A model generated the notes under the pieces. That model did no database searches and was not told the DNA's origin. It saw only the letters and a program-made list of their open reading frames with translations. Below are positions 48,310 through 59,937 of a DNA stretch of 64,000 nt, piece by piece. A program made the position numbers and the translations under genes. How positions within the stretch are numbered: position 1 is the stretch's first letter; each line of letters opens with the position of its first letter. The DNA is taken from assembly GCA_013239625.1 (NCBI GenBank), contig MU053588.1:4058799-4122798 (forward strand). Reading direction: 5' to 3'. This DNA comes from Lama guanicoe. Lineage: Eukaryota.

Positions 48310-48860
48310 TGATGAGATGGCTGGTGGTGTTGACAAAAGTGATCTTTAAAAATACTATAAAATAAAATGTATCAATATGTGAAAGACCTCCAAAACTCAG
48401 CCATTTAATATTTTCCAAATGAGTGATGCATAATTTCACAAAACCATGAATGGATACAAGACATACGAAAAATACTCTGATATGGTTTTGATTCTACATT
48501 GCAATAATTTTAATAAACTATCACTTGTGGGATTTGGGTACAGTATCAAAGAAGAATATTATCTTAGAGTCTATTAAAGTAACTCTTTTATAATTATAAC
48601 TGTGGGAAGCTGTTTTCTTTATTTCAACCAAAACAATATATCACAACAGGTAATGCAGAAAAAGATGTGAAAATCCAGCTATTTTTCTTATAAAAATTCA
48701 GGAATTAAAGAGATTTGCCCAAAATTTAAAACATTGCTACTCTTCTCATTAAATTTGTTTTTGGAAATGCAGTTTTCTCATAAAAGTTAGTTCTGTTATA
48801 GGTTTATTTTAAAAGTAGATTAATAAACAATTTTTTAAGTATTAATTCCTAGATAATAAA
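48310..48860 (+). mobile_element. Charlie1-like hAT DNA transposon fragment
   Basis: CAGTATCAAAGAAGAATAT, TTCAACCAAAACAATATATCACAACAG, GAAAATCCAGCT, ATTAAAGAGATTTGC. Confidence 0.8.
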
Positions 48861-49539
48861 TACGTTTTTCATAGCGCCATCCCAACTGTAACTTGTATAA
48901 AGCCCTTAGACTGGAACTTGATAACTAAGGCTTAATTAGTGGCATTGCTCAAGACCAAATACACATCCTACATATTCTCCAATTTATGTGACTATACAGG
49001 AAAAAAAATGCCAAGTCCTACTTACGTGGGGCCCTGCTGCCAGGAGCCAAGGGGTCCCTCACTCCGTCCACCTTGGAGCAGTTCTTGTGAAGTCAGGGCT
49101 GGGGAAGGAAAGGAGGCTGTGAAACATCACCATTGCCCAAATAAACCACAGAGGACATTCCAATGCTATTAGAAAGGTACTACTATCAACCAATTTTACA
49201 GATGAGCAAACAGAGGCACAGAGAGATTAAGGAACCTGAACAATGTTGTATTTCCAGGAAAGGGTCTGACAGGTAGGGGAGGAGAGTTAGGGGAGCCGAG
49301 GGCGCGAGAGCCTGCAACCCCCAACCGCGCCCAACCCGGGCACCCGAGAATCTCCCTAAACGTGAGACGATTCCCTCAATGTGAACTAAAACTGCCGTCC
49401 TCACACCTCAAACATCTGCTTTCCCCCTCAAGCCCACAGCTGGGTTGTTGTTGCTTCAAGAGCAGGTCGAGGAAGTTCAGAAGCGTTGCGAGATGAGGAA
49501 CCCACAATCACTACGCGAACACAAGGTCATAACCCCGCA

Positions 49540-49720
49540 CACCTGGGCCGGAAGTGCCTGCAACTACCAGGAGCTCTAGATCAACATTTCCCAGAACTCC
49601 CCAGTACAGCCCTTTGGGAACGGAAGTGCATGAGACTACACGGTGTTCTTGGACTACACTTCCCAGAATGCCCAAGGAGGACAACATCCACAGCCCCGCC
49701 CTTCGGGGAGGAAGTACCTG
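49540..49720 (-). promoter_or_regulatory. Orphan KZNF-type promoter (ETS/GABPA, ZNF143, GC box), paralogous to the ZNF235 promoter
   Basis: CCGGAAGTG at 49548, ACGGAAGTG at 49620, GGACTACACTTCCCAGAATGCCC at 49651, GCCCCGCCC at 49693; 46/61 ungapped identity to 39115-39175 by hand count. Confidence 0.85.
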
Positions 49721-50299
49721 TGAGTACTTGGAGCCCCTGAGCCGAAGGAGAGCGCTGTCCACGGTCCTGCCTGGCAGGAGCAAAAGTGCTTGCGGCCACG
49801 GGGAGGGCCTGCACATTACTTCTCACAGTGCCCTAGGACAACAATGACTACAGCCTCGTCTTCCCAGGAGAAAATATGGATTACTACACTGAGTACCTGG
49901 ATTAAATTTCCTAGAATCCTGGAGGGGAAAACATTACAGAGACATGCAGTTCTGGAGTCCAAATATCTCCAAAAATCAGAGCTCTGGAGAACTGAGTGCC
50001 ACTGACCCGCTGCCTGGCCAGAAGAAGCTTCTTCTATGTCTTCTGGATCTTCTAGACTAATTTCCAGAGTGGCTTCATGGTAGCACTTTCCGCCAGGCTG
50101 ACCTTTGGTGTTATGAACAATTGGGTTCCGTTTGGATGAATTCTGTGCCTCTGGTCGAGCCCAGTCTTCCCTTTTCTTTTTTCTCACTTCCCTATCCCTC
50201 TTCTCATGTAAGTATACTAATAAGCAGTTGTCAAGGAAATGCCTTGTATAGGGGAAAAATAACATTTTCTGTGGAGGAAAGACATTATCATCCTTGGCT

Positions 50300-50980
50300 A
50301 CAAATTATCACTACATTAAAAACTACAGCATAAACAATAGGCAAAGTAAATTTTAACACCAAAAAACTACTACATTGTAGTGATAAAGATTAAATTATCC
50401 AAGAACATAACACAAATGTATAATTACATGCATGTAACAAATATCCTCAAATATATATTTTTAACTGGCAGAACTAAAAGGAGTCATACTCTCTGATTAC
50501 ATAATAGAATACACACACACACACACACACAAACAGTAAGCATATGGAAGATTTGACACTACTAGGAAATGTGATCTAATTATACATGGCATACACGTCT
50601 GTTCAGGTACACATAGAACGTTTACAAAATTTGACCACATGCTGGACCATAAAGTGTAAACAGCAAAATTCAAAACACTTCAATAATATATATTCTCAAT
50701 GAGGTGCAATAAGGCTAGAAATCAGTAATAAATCCTTACTAGACAATTGTAGCTTATCTGTAAATTAAGAATCTTAACGATGGATGCGTGAAAGCTCAAT
50801 GGATGGGCTCAGGGGAATCTAGAATATATTTGTAGCTGGATTAATAAAAATACATATCAACGTTTATTAGATGCAACCAAAGCCACACTTTAAGGGAAAT
50901 ATAAATTATTAAGTACATATACTAGGAAATAAATGCTGAAAATCAGTAAGAGACACATCAATCTCATGAAGTTTAAAAAG
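50300..50980 (+). mobile_element. Old L1 ORF2 endonuclease-region fragment containing a (CA)n at about 50511-50530
   Basis: CAGGTACACATAGAACGTTTACAAAATTTGACCACATGCTGGACCATAAA. Confidence 0.65.
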
Positions 50981-50983
50981 GAT

Positions 50984-51054
50984 GGGGGGTGGGGTATAGC
51001 TCAGTGGTAGAGCGTGTGCTTAGCACTGGATTCAATCTCCAGTACCACCATTAA

Positions 51055-51098
<44 letters not shown>

Positions 51099-51135
51099 CA
51101 ATAATAATAATAACAACAATAATAATAATAATAAA
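50984..51135 (+). mobile_element. Vic-1-type SINE (internal deletion) with expanded (AAT)n tail
   Basis: GGGTATAGCTCAGTGGTAGAGCGTGTGCTTAGCA...TTCAATCTCCAGTACC then (AAT/AAC)n at 51056-51133. Confidence 0.9.
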
Positions 51136-51323
51136 TAGCAGTGGACCTCCAATTCTGAACAAGATGGACTAAGCATATTCTACTCCATTCCTCCTGCTAT
51201 TTACAAGTAAAACCCCTACACAAAAAACATAGGGAAACTAATAAAATTCTAACAGGTTGAAACAAGATGGCAGACTGGCTAGGGACATCAGGACTTGAGG
51301 AGTAACCTGAAGGTGAGTTCCCT

Positions 51324-51324
<1 letters not shown>

Positions 51325-51358
<34 letters not shown>
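51325..51358. repeat. (GT)n microsatellite
   Basis: About 17 GT units. Confidence 0.98.
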
Positions 51359-51362
<4 letters not shown>

Positions 51363-52024
51363 ACACACCCTTTACAGGACAGAACCTTTTTGACTAAGTC
51401 CATTCTCCTTCAGGTAATACCACAAAAAGCTGAGCTCCTTCCCCTTTTCATTCAGTCCCACATCCTGCAGACTGTGGGCAGAGCCTTGTCATCCATTCCA
51501 GCCCTGCACTAATGAGAGGCTACGGCCCTCTTCCAACTAGGAATTTTGGAGACTGTGAGGCGGAGCCCTGTGGACTACCCCTCACATCCCACACATGCAC
51601 TGAATGAAAGTCAGCACCCTACCCCATCCCAACTAGAAAGTGGGAGGAGGATTTGAGAGATGATGGAGCTGGAAAAAGGGACTTAAAGTGCCTCAAAAAA
51701 TAAAAGGAAAAGAAAGGAAGAAAGAAAGGGAAAGAAGGGATAAATTAAGCAAGTGTGGGAAAATATTTATTGTGGAATCTAATGGGAACAGGGGAGTCCA
51801 CTTTACTGCTCTTTTTGAGTATTGGTCAATTTTATAGCAAAGCCTCCAAAAGTAATCATAGTCCAATTAGTTTAAATTCTGCTGTTTTTGTGAAATAAAG
51901 AAGCCATATTAACCTCTCTCAGCCTGTTTTTTAATTTTTTTTTTCATTTCTGCAGTCAGGATGTATCTACTACATGAGAATAGGAACACTATATTTAGGA
52001 GAAATAACCCAAATCCCCAATTAC

Positions 52025-52082
52025 CTGAAACTTGACAACATATCCTATTTTTGAAGAAAATCAGTGTACTAACAAGGCATAG
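52025..52082 (-). pseudogene. Decayed KZNF start-exon relic
   Basis: Minus strand ends TCAAGTTTCAG|GTAATTGGG; aligns with ZNF235 exon 2 and flanks; acceptor AG changed to AA and in-frame ATG lost. Confidence 0.65.
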
Positions 52083-52649
52083 TTGAGGGAGAAGGAAAAA
52101 CCCATGACATCACTGTTTCCTGCCTCACCCAGGGTAGTTAGGTGGCGCTTACACAGGTAGGATTTAACTAGCTGGTACTATTGGGTCCCTCTTACCTGTA
52201 TGATTTCTTCACACATCCTTCTTCCCAAGTTGTTCTTTCCTCTTCTCTCACCTTCCCATGTCTTGGACTCTCACATGACTCTCACTTGCTACTGATGCTT
52301 TTGGGCCATGTTCTTTCTTTCCCTTTTCTTAATTTCCTGAATGCAATGACATTAGGTCCTAAACAACTTGAACAGGAGGCTACAGAATTGCTTTTTTGGA
52401 GATACCTTGGGGAAAATTCTCATTAACAAGAAGTGGTGTCATTTCCTGCTTTCATATTCTAGAACTCTACTATTATTCTAGTAGTCCCACGGCCTGAGGA
52501 GAAGCTTTAAATTAGCTGAAATCTTAAATCTTGGCTTTCAACAGTCTCCACTAAAAATTTGATTCTCAGGTTGTCCCTTTGCTCTGGAAACACTGACTAC
52601 AAACATATTGCATTTAAGGCATGTTGTCTAGCTTGGAAGTAAAGCTCAA

Positions 52650-52820
52650 CTTACTGCAGCAGGACAGACAGAGCCTGGGTCCCTGACTGATGGTGGAAGC
52701 TGCCCATTTAATCAGGCGCTCCCCAGGGAACTCATAAGCCTGAAGTAAAGTTCTATTGTGTTAAGCCCCTGAGATGTGGGGGGTTGGTTTACAGCAGTCA
52801 GTCTATCCCCACCTGAAAGG
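52650..52820 (+). mobile_element. MaLR LTR 3' fragment (MLT1J/K-like)
   Basis: GAGCCTGGGTCCCTGA...AGTAAAGTTCTATTGTGTTAAGCCCCTGAGATGTGGGGGTTGGTTTACAGCAG. Confidence 0.7.
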
Positions 52821-53349
52821 AAAGCTATATCTGTGTGATTTTTGCTTATATCCTTTGAATCATTAATAGTATCTGTTGTGGAAAAACTATAATTCATGTG
52901 ATTCTGCCATGACAATTGATTACTTTGTTTTAGCACAGGAGTTAATAGGAAAATTGAAAGAATATGAATTTTGTAGTTCTCAATTTTTCACAAATATCTT
53001 TAGAAGAGTGGCAAACATTCTTCAGCAGGAAATAAGTTGAGTAATAATTAGTACATAAACATAGTAGAGTACTGTGCAGACCATAAGAGGATGTGGCAAA
53101 TGCATTTGTTGATAGGGTAAATGTTTTTTAACATACTGATAAGTAAAAAAGTTAGAAAATAGTTGCATGGTATAATCCCAGTTTTGAAAAAATATTATAC
53201 AGAGGTGTTTGCTTACGTCACATGAGGCATAGTAAACCAAAGTATTTACAGTACGTAACTGAGTGGTAAGTTTGAATTTTCAAATAATTTCACTTACACA
53301 TTTGAGTTTTTCTGTAGAATTTTATTTGCAATGTTCAGGAATTCATTTC

Positions 53350-56300
53350 AAATCAGTTTACTGAGGTCTAATTTATGTATTATAATATTTACTCTTTTTA
53401 GAATATAGTTCTATGAATTTTGACCAACATATACATCAAAATCAAGATATGGAACATGTTCATCACTCCAAACCATATTGCATGTGCGATTCATCCATGT
53501 TGTTGTATTTGTAGTTTATTTTTACTGTTGAGCAGCACTCCATTGTATGGATATAACATAGTTTATTTTTCCCATTCTCCAGGTAAAGTATATTTGGGTT
53601 GTTTTGAGGTTTTTCAGTTATAATGATGCTGCTATAAACTTTTGCATTCAGGTATTTGCACGAACTTGTTTTCATGGTATTGCTGTGATGTATGCCATGT
53701 GAATGTTCTTTATAAGGAATTGCCACACTGTATTTCAAAGTGGCTGTAGTGTTTTGTATCTCTATAGCAATGTCTGAGAGCTCCAGTTGCTCTTCATCAT
53801 TTTCTGCACTTGGTATTGTCTTTTTTTTTTTCATTTGAAGAACATATTCATTCTAATAGGTGTCTAATTCTATCTCATTGTGGTTTTAACTTGAATTTCC
53901 CTAATGACTAGTGATGTTGACCCTAATATCATGTCCTTATTTTACAGCTATATATGTTTTTGGTGAAGTGCCGTTGAAAACTTTTGCCTATATGTTAAAA
54001 AAAAAGGGTTGTTTTCTTAGTATCAAGTTTTGCGGGTTCTTTATATATTCGGAACACAAATTCCTTTTAATGTATGTTTCACAAATATTTTCTTCCAGCC
54101 AGTTTCTCTTTCTATTTTCCTAAGTGCATTTTGAAAAGCAGAGGTTTTAAACTTTGATAAAACCCAACTTATCAAATTTTCTTATATGGATTATACTAAA
54201 AAGTCCTTGCCTACTCAAGATGACAAAGAAAACTGTCCCAGCTTTTCCTCAAGGGCTTCTATTGTTTAGGATTTACATTTAGGTCTAAAATCCATTTTGA
54301 GTTAATTTTTATTTGGTGTGATGTATAGGTTGAGATTTATTCTTTTGCACATGGATGTTTAATTATTCCTGCACACTTTAATGAAAGACTATGTCTCTCA
54401 TTGAATTGCCTTGGCATGTTTTTCAAAAATCAACTGACCACATTTGTGAGTCTATTTCTGGACTCTATTATGTTCTACTGTTGTATGTAGTTAGCCTTCT
54501 ATTAATACCATATTGTCATGAATGGATGTTCAATTTTGTCAAATGCTTTTCCTGCATCTATTTCTTCTTTTTTTTCCCTGCGGATACAGTGAATTAGGCA
54601 GTTTGACTTTTGTATATTGAAACAATCTGCATTTCCAGAATCTATACCACTTTGTTATAATGCATTATGGTTTTTATAAATTGCTTAATATGCTATGATA
54701 ATATCTTGAGGATTTTATGTATATGTTCATGGATATTGGTCAACAGTTTTCTGTTCTTATAATGTCACTGTTGGATATTGTAATCAGGATAATGCTAGCT
54801 TCATAAAATGACTTAGAAAGTTTTTTCTTCTATTTAAGAAATTTTTTTTTGTAAAATTAGAATCGTTTTTTTCCTTGTATGCTTCACTAAAGTTTTCAGT
54901 AACGCCATCTGCCCCTAGATTTTCTTTGTTAGAAGTTTTTAATCTGTAAATTCAGCTTTTTGGGGAGATATAGGAGTATTCAGATTGTCTACTTCTTGTA
55001 TATGAATGGGTAATTTGTGTCTTTCAAAGATCTTGTACCTTTTGCTTAAATTGTCAAGTTTATAGGCATAAAGGTGTTCCTAATATTCATGGGGACCTCA
55101 TCACCTAAAAACCATGCAGTGTGTGGACACTCTGGGGCTGCTGCTCCTGGTGGAAGGCAACAGGGATCACTTGCTCAATATAGTCTAATTCCATTTGGAT
55201 CAGAGAACATTGCGTGATTTTACTTCTTTTAAATTTGCATGGTTTGTTTTATGAACTAGAGTATGGATTTATCTTGGTGAATGTTCCAAAAGCACTGGAA
55301 AGGAAGGTGTATTCAACCACTGTTGGATGAAGTGTTCTCTGGCAAGTAAGTCAAATTGGACAGCAGTATTGTTCAAGTCTTCTATATCCTTACTGCTGTA
55401 CTGTCACCTTATTTTCATCAATTACTAAGAGAACTACTAAGGTTTCGAAATACATCTGTGGTTTTCTATCAGGTTTTGCTTCACGAATCTTGAAGCTCTG
55501 TTTCTGGATGTATACATATTTAGCATTGCACATCTTTCTGGTGTATCCCTGATAATATTCCTTGTACCAATTCTTTGTTGATATTAATATAGCTAGCACA
55601 GCTTTGTTTAGACTAGTTTTAGCATGACATACCTTTTCCCATTTTAGTCTTTTAATCTACTTAATTACTTATATTTAAAAAGGGTTTCTTTTAGAAAACA
55701 TATAGCATATAGTTCGGTCTTGCTTTTTTATCCAATGGGACAAATCTCTGCTTTAAGTGGTGAGTTTATTTTACATTTAATTTAATGTAATTATTGATAT
55801 CACTGGTTTTAACCTAGCATCATGCTAATTGTTTCCTATATGTACCATGTGTTATTCAATTTTCCTACCTGCTTTTGGGTTATTTTTTAGAATTCCAAAC
55901 TACTGGTTTATTAGTTACATGCCACTTAAAAATTTTTAAGTGGTTGCTCTAGGGCCTATAATGTACATATATAATTTTTCAGTCTACCTTCTAATAATAC
56001 TACACCAATTCACATAGTGCACAACAGCTACTTCCAATTTTTTTCTGCCCTGTTTTGTGGTATTGTTTTTTTACAACACATTTTACTTTTATATATGCTA
56101 TAAACTCACAAAACCTTTCTCCTATTTTTGCTCTAGTGAATTATATTTTCTAGTGATTAAAAATAAGAAAACCTATTTTATATTTACTTCCATTTTAACA
56201 ATTTTCAAAATTCTTTCTTTTAGGAGATCCAAGTCTATTTCTGGTATGATATTCTTCCAGCCTGTAGAAGATTCCTTTAATATTTCTTGTACTGCTGGAA

Positions 56301-57560
56301 GTATATTCTATTAGCTTTTGTTCACATGAGAATGTATTTATTTTGCATATTTTTCTGGAAGATTTTTTTTCATTGGGCTTGGAATTTCTGATTCACAGTA
56401 CTTTGTTTTAGAATTAAAGATGCTACTCCATTGTCTTCTGGCATGCATAGTTTTTGATGAGAAGTTTCCTCTTTTTCTCATCTCTGTTCTTTATATGTAA
56501 TGTGGCCTTTTTCTCTGTCTTCCTTTGCATTGTTCATTTTCAGCTATTTGGCAATAATGTGCCTTGCTTTTTGTTTTTGTTTGTTGTTGTGGTGGTTGTT
56601 TTTTAATCCTGCTTGTGTATTCTGAAGTTCTTGGTTTGGGTGAAGTCTTTTATTATTTAAAAACATGCTCAGCTATTATCTCTTCAAATACTTTTCTTCT
56701 CATTCTCTTTCCTTTCCCTCTGGATTTCCAATTATACATAAATTAGACCACAAAAATTTCCCCACAGTTCTTGGATACTCTGTTTTCTTCACACTTTTTG
56801 TGTTTCAGTTTGGGTGACTTCAATTTATTCAAGTTCTCTGACACGTTTCTCAGCTGTGAGTAACTTACTTATGAGTCTTTCAAAATCATCCTTGGTCATA
56901 AATTCTTTTCTAGTATTTCCCATTTGATTCTTCACTAATTTCCACCAAAATCGCCCCAACTGTTCATGTATATTGTCTGCCTTTTCCATGAAAGCATTTA
57001 ACACATCAGCCAGTCATATAAAATTCTGTCTGGTATTTCAGAAATACGGTCGTCTCTAAGTGTGGTTCTATTGATTGGTCTGCTGTCTCCTAACAGGGTG
57101 TTGTCTGTTCTTTTTTTTAATCTTGTAATTTTTGATTGAATGCCAGATCCCATGTATCAAACAGTAGACACTGAAGTAAACAGTACTTTTGCCTGGATCT
57201 GGGCACTTGTTCTGCTAGGATGTTAGCGTGGGGCGTTGAATCAGTTTGGTCAGGTATTAAGTTGAAACTGGATTCTGTTATTGCAACAGTTGTCTTCAGT
57301 ACACTGCTTCAAATGTTTCTAATGTTACCTTGTGCTTAGGGTGGGGGTTGGAGTGCTGATGGATTTTTCTCAATGCTCCTGCTCCACCTTCAGCTTTTGG
57401 CTATCTCTGTGCACTTGTGCCACAGAAGGATTCTCTGTCCATGTTCTTGCCCTTTTCCCAAGGCAGCCTGCTATGACATGTCACTAGGAGTAAGCCAGCC
57501 TCTTTATGGGGACCAGGGACATTCTTTATTGTCTGGGTTTAGTCACAGTCTTGAATAGGG
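53350..57560 (-). mobile_element. Fragmented old L1 (3' UTR, ORF2, ORF1/5' region)
   Basis: Ordered antisense L1 motifs, e.g. CTCATTGTGGTTTTAACTTGAATTTCCCTAATGACTAGTGATGTTGA and TCAGCTATTATCTCTTCAAATA. Confidence 0.8.
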
Positions 57561-59518
57561 ATTGAAGGGGTCAGAGACCTTATGCATTTTGGGGAGCTAG
57601 GACCTGATAAACTCAAAAAACAAGACAAGCTCTCTCCCCTCTCAAGCTGTGAACAAAAAAAGCAGGTGATTGTGAACAAACTGAAGACAAGACATAAAAT
57701 GACAGAAGTTAAGAGAATTAAAGAAAAGCTTGACTGACCCAGACCCAAATCCAATTCTCCTTGTATCTTTTCACTTATATGAACTGAGAAATATATTTGG
57801 CTCAAGCAACTCAAGTTCGATTTTGTTACCTACAACTAAGAGCATCCTAACTGATAAAACCACCATTAGCTCTCATGATCTTCCCTTGGAAGTGAGGGTA
57901 GTAAAGAAATGCATTAAAAGCCCTGGATTTCTAATGATACTGTGAAACCTGAATTAGCACCTTGGAAGCCTGGTTAAGCCAGTGCCTTGGTCACCCTTTT
58001 CATCCAACAGGGAGAAATCTGACAGAAAATAGTTTGCTAATTTATACTACTACTGAATTGTACTAGGACATCGTAGGCTGCATGGGCTTTGAGACCTAAA
58101 GAAATTTACAGAAAGGTAAGGTTGCCAACACCTAATTTATCTGTATCCTCTGGAGACTTTTGAAAATTAACTTCAGGGGTTTTATTCTTTAATTTTGGCC
58201 ATAATGCCATCTAAGGAAATAGAGCAATCACGTTATGAATTCTTAACTATAAGGGACAATACCTCAGTAGTTTATTGTTTTGGTAAAATTAGTAAATGTT
58301 AATTGTGAATTTAAAAAAAAGTACAAAAAAGAGTAAACCAAAATTTTGCTTGTCACATAAAACCACAGTATACACGACAGTGAGAAATCTTTCACAGATT
58401 ATCTATTAAACATGTATTTGAACAGACATGTATATAGACTTCAGGTAACTGGATATTATGAAGGTACAATCCACACTTTTACTAAACAATATGCATGATT
58501 CTTTCCTGTCATTTTAGATTGATCTCATACTTTCCATAGCTCTGTATTACAGGAATGTAGAGAAATTTATCCAAACTCATATTAATTTCCTGTTTAAAAA
58601 ATTACCCTTATGTACACATCATTTCTTTAAAACCACTTTATCCTAAATTATTATTCTATGATTTCCAGATGAGTATGTACACCTTAAATTTTGATGTATA
58701 TTGTATGACTCTTCTCTAACCGACTTGTATTTTTCATTCCCTCCAACAAAATGCTTTGTTCTTGACAACAGAGATAGGCTTAGAGAAAATCCTATCCTAA
58801 TAATCAACAAAATGTTTAGAAAAAGTCAAAAGTTTTCCTTTCGTTGTGCGAGTGGAAGGAGTATGGAGATGGAAAACTTAACAAAATTAAAGTCCTCCAA
58901 ACTTGCCACAGATCCTGCCTGAGGAGGTTTGGATTAGACAGGTTATAGCTCTTAAAAATCAGTCAGATCAAAAGGACCTTCATGGAAACATGGAAATTAA
59001 AAAACCAAGTATTGTAATTTTGTTATTTATTAAGAAAGTATTTTTCATCAGTAATAATTTCTGACACTTTCCAAATATTACAGTAAAACTCTGCCTTAAC
59101 ACACAGGGCAGGAGTAAAAATTCAATTATGTAAAATGCAGTGTTCCAGTTTTGCAGTGTTAACCAGAAACATTGTTTATCAGCTTATGCATCATTTAAAG
59201 TGCACATAGGTGTACATACATACACACATACACAGCTAAACTTAAATGGTTGTATACCATATTGTAACAGACCAAATAGTAAGACATTCAGCTCATTCCT
59301 GCTTATGAGGGACAAAGGATGCAAACCAGTCCTAGTTGGGTTGCAACCAAATTCATGTAATTTCAGGTTGCAATTTCACTGATGTTCTACATTTCAAATA
59401 ATATTTATTTGCTTGAAGTGCTTATATTAAGGTTACCTGCAGGGGTCCTCCTCCAAATACACTTTTAAATGATTTTTTGGGGGGAAATTAAAATTTTCAA
59501 ACATACCTTTACACACTT

Positions 59519-59630
59519 TCAGTCATTTAGCAAAAAGTCCTGAGCACCTACACTGAGTTGTGCAATGTCATGGTTTCACAGACTTAGCAATGAGTGAAGC
59601 CCCTTCTCTCACTAAGCTTACAGTCCAGTG
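59519..59630 (-). mobile_element. L2 3' end in ZNF112 3' UTR
   Basis: TCATTTAGCAAAAAGTCCTGAGCACCTAC...AGCTTACAGTCCAGTGG. Confidence 0.75.
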
Positions 59631-59937
59631 GACGTGGATTTAGCTACGCTCATCCTTGTACTTTTCTTAAAGCCCTGACCATACTCTTATCTTTTATAAG
59701 CCCTACTGCAACAACTGGTTAAAGTCACATGCAATGACTGATGTTAAAGTTCTCACAAAATCCCACATGGAACCCCTCTCGTTAGATGTCTCTGCTGTGT
59801 GGTCTCCTGACTACTGTGAACGTTGATGTTGGGCAGAAATATTACATTTCATGAAAAATTCTTTTTCTACTTTATGAACTCTATAGTGAATGGAAAATTT
59901 CCACTCCCATTTGAGGACTTCAAAAGAGGACACCATT

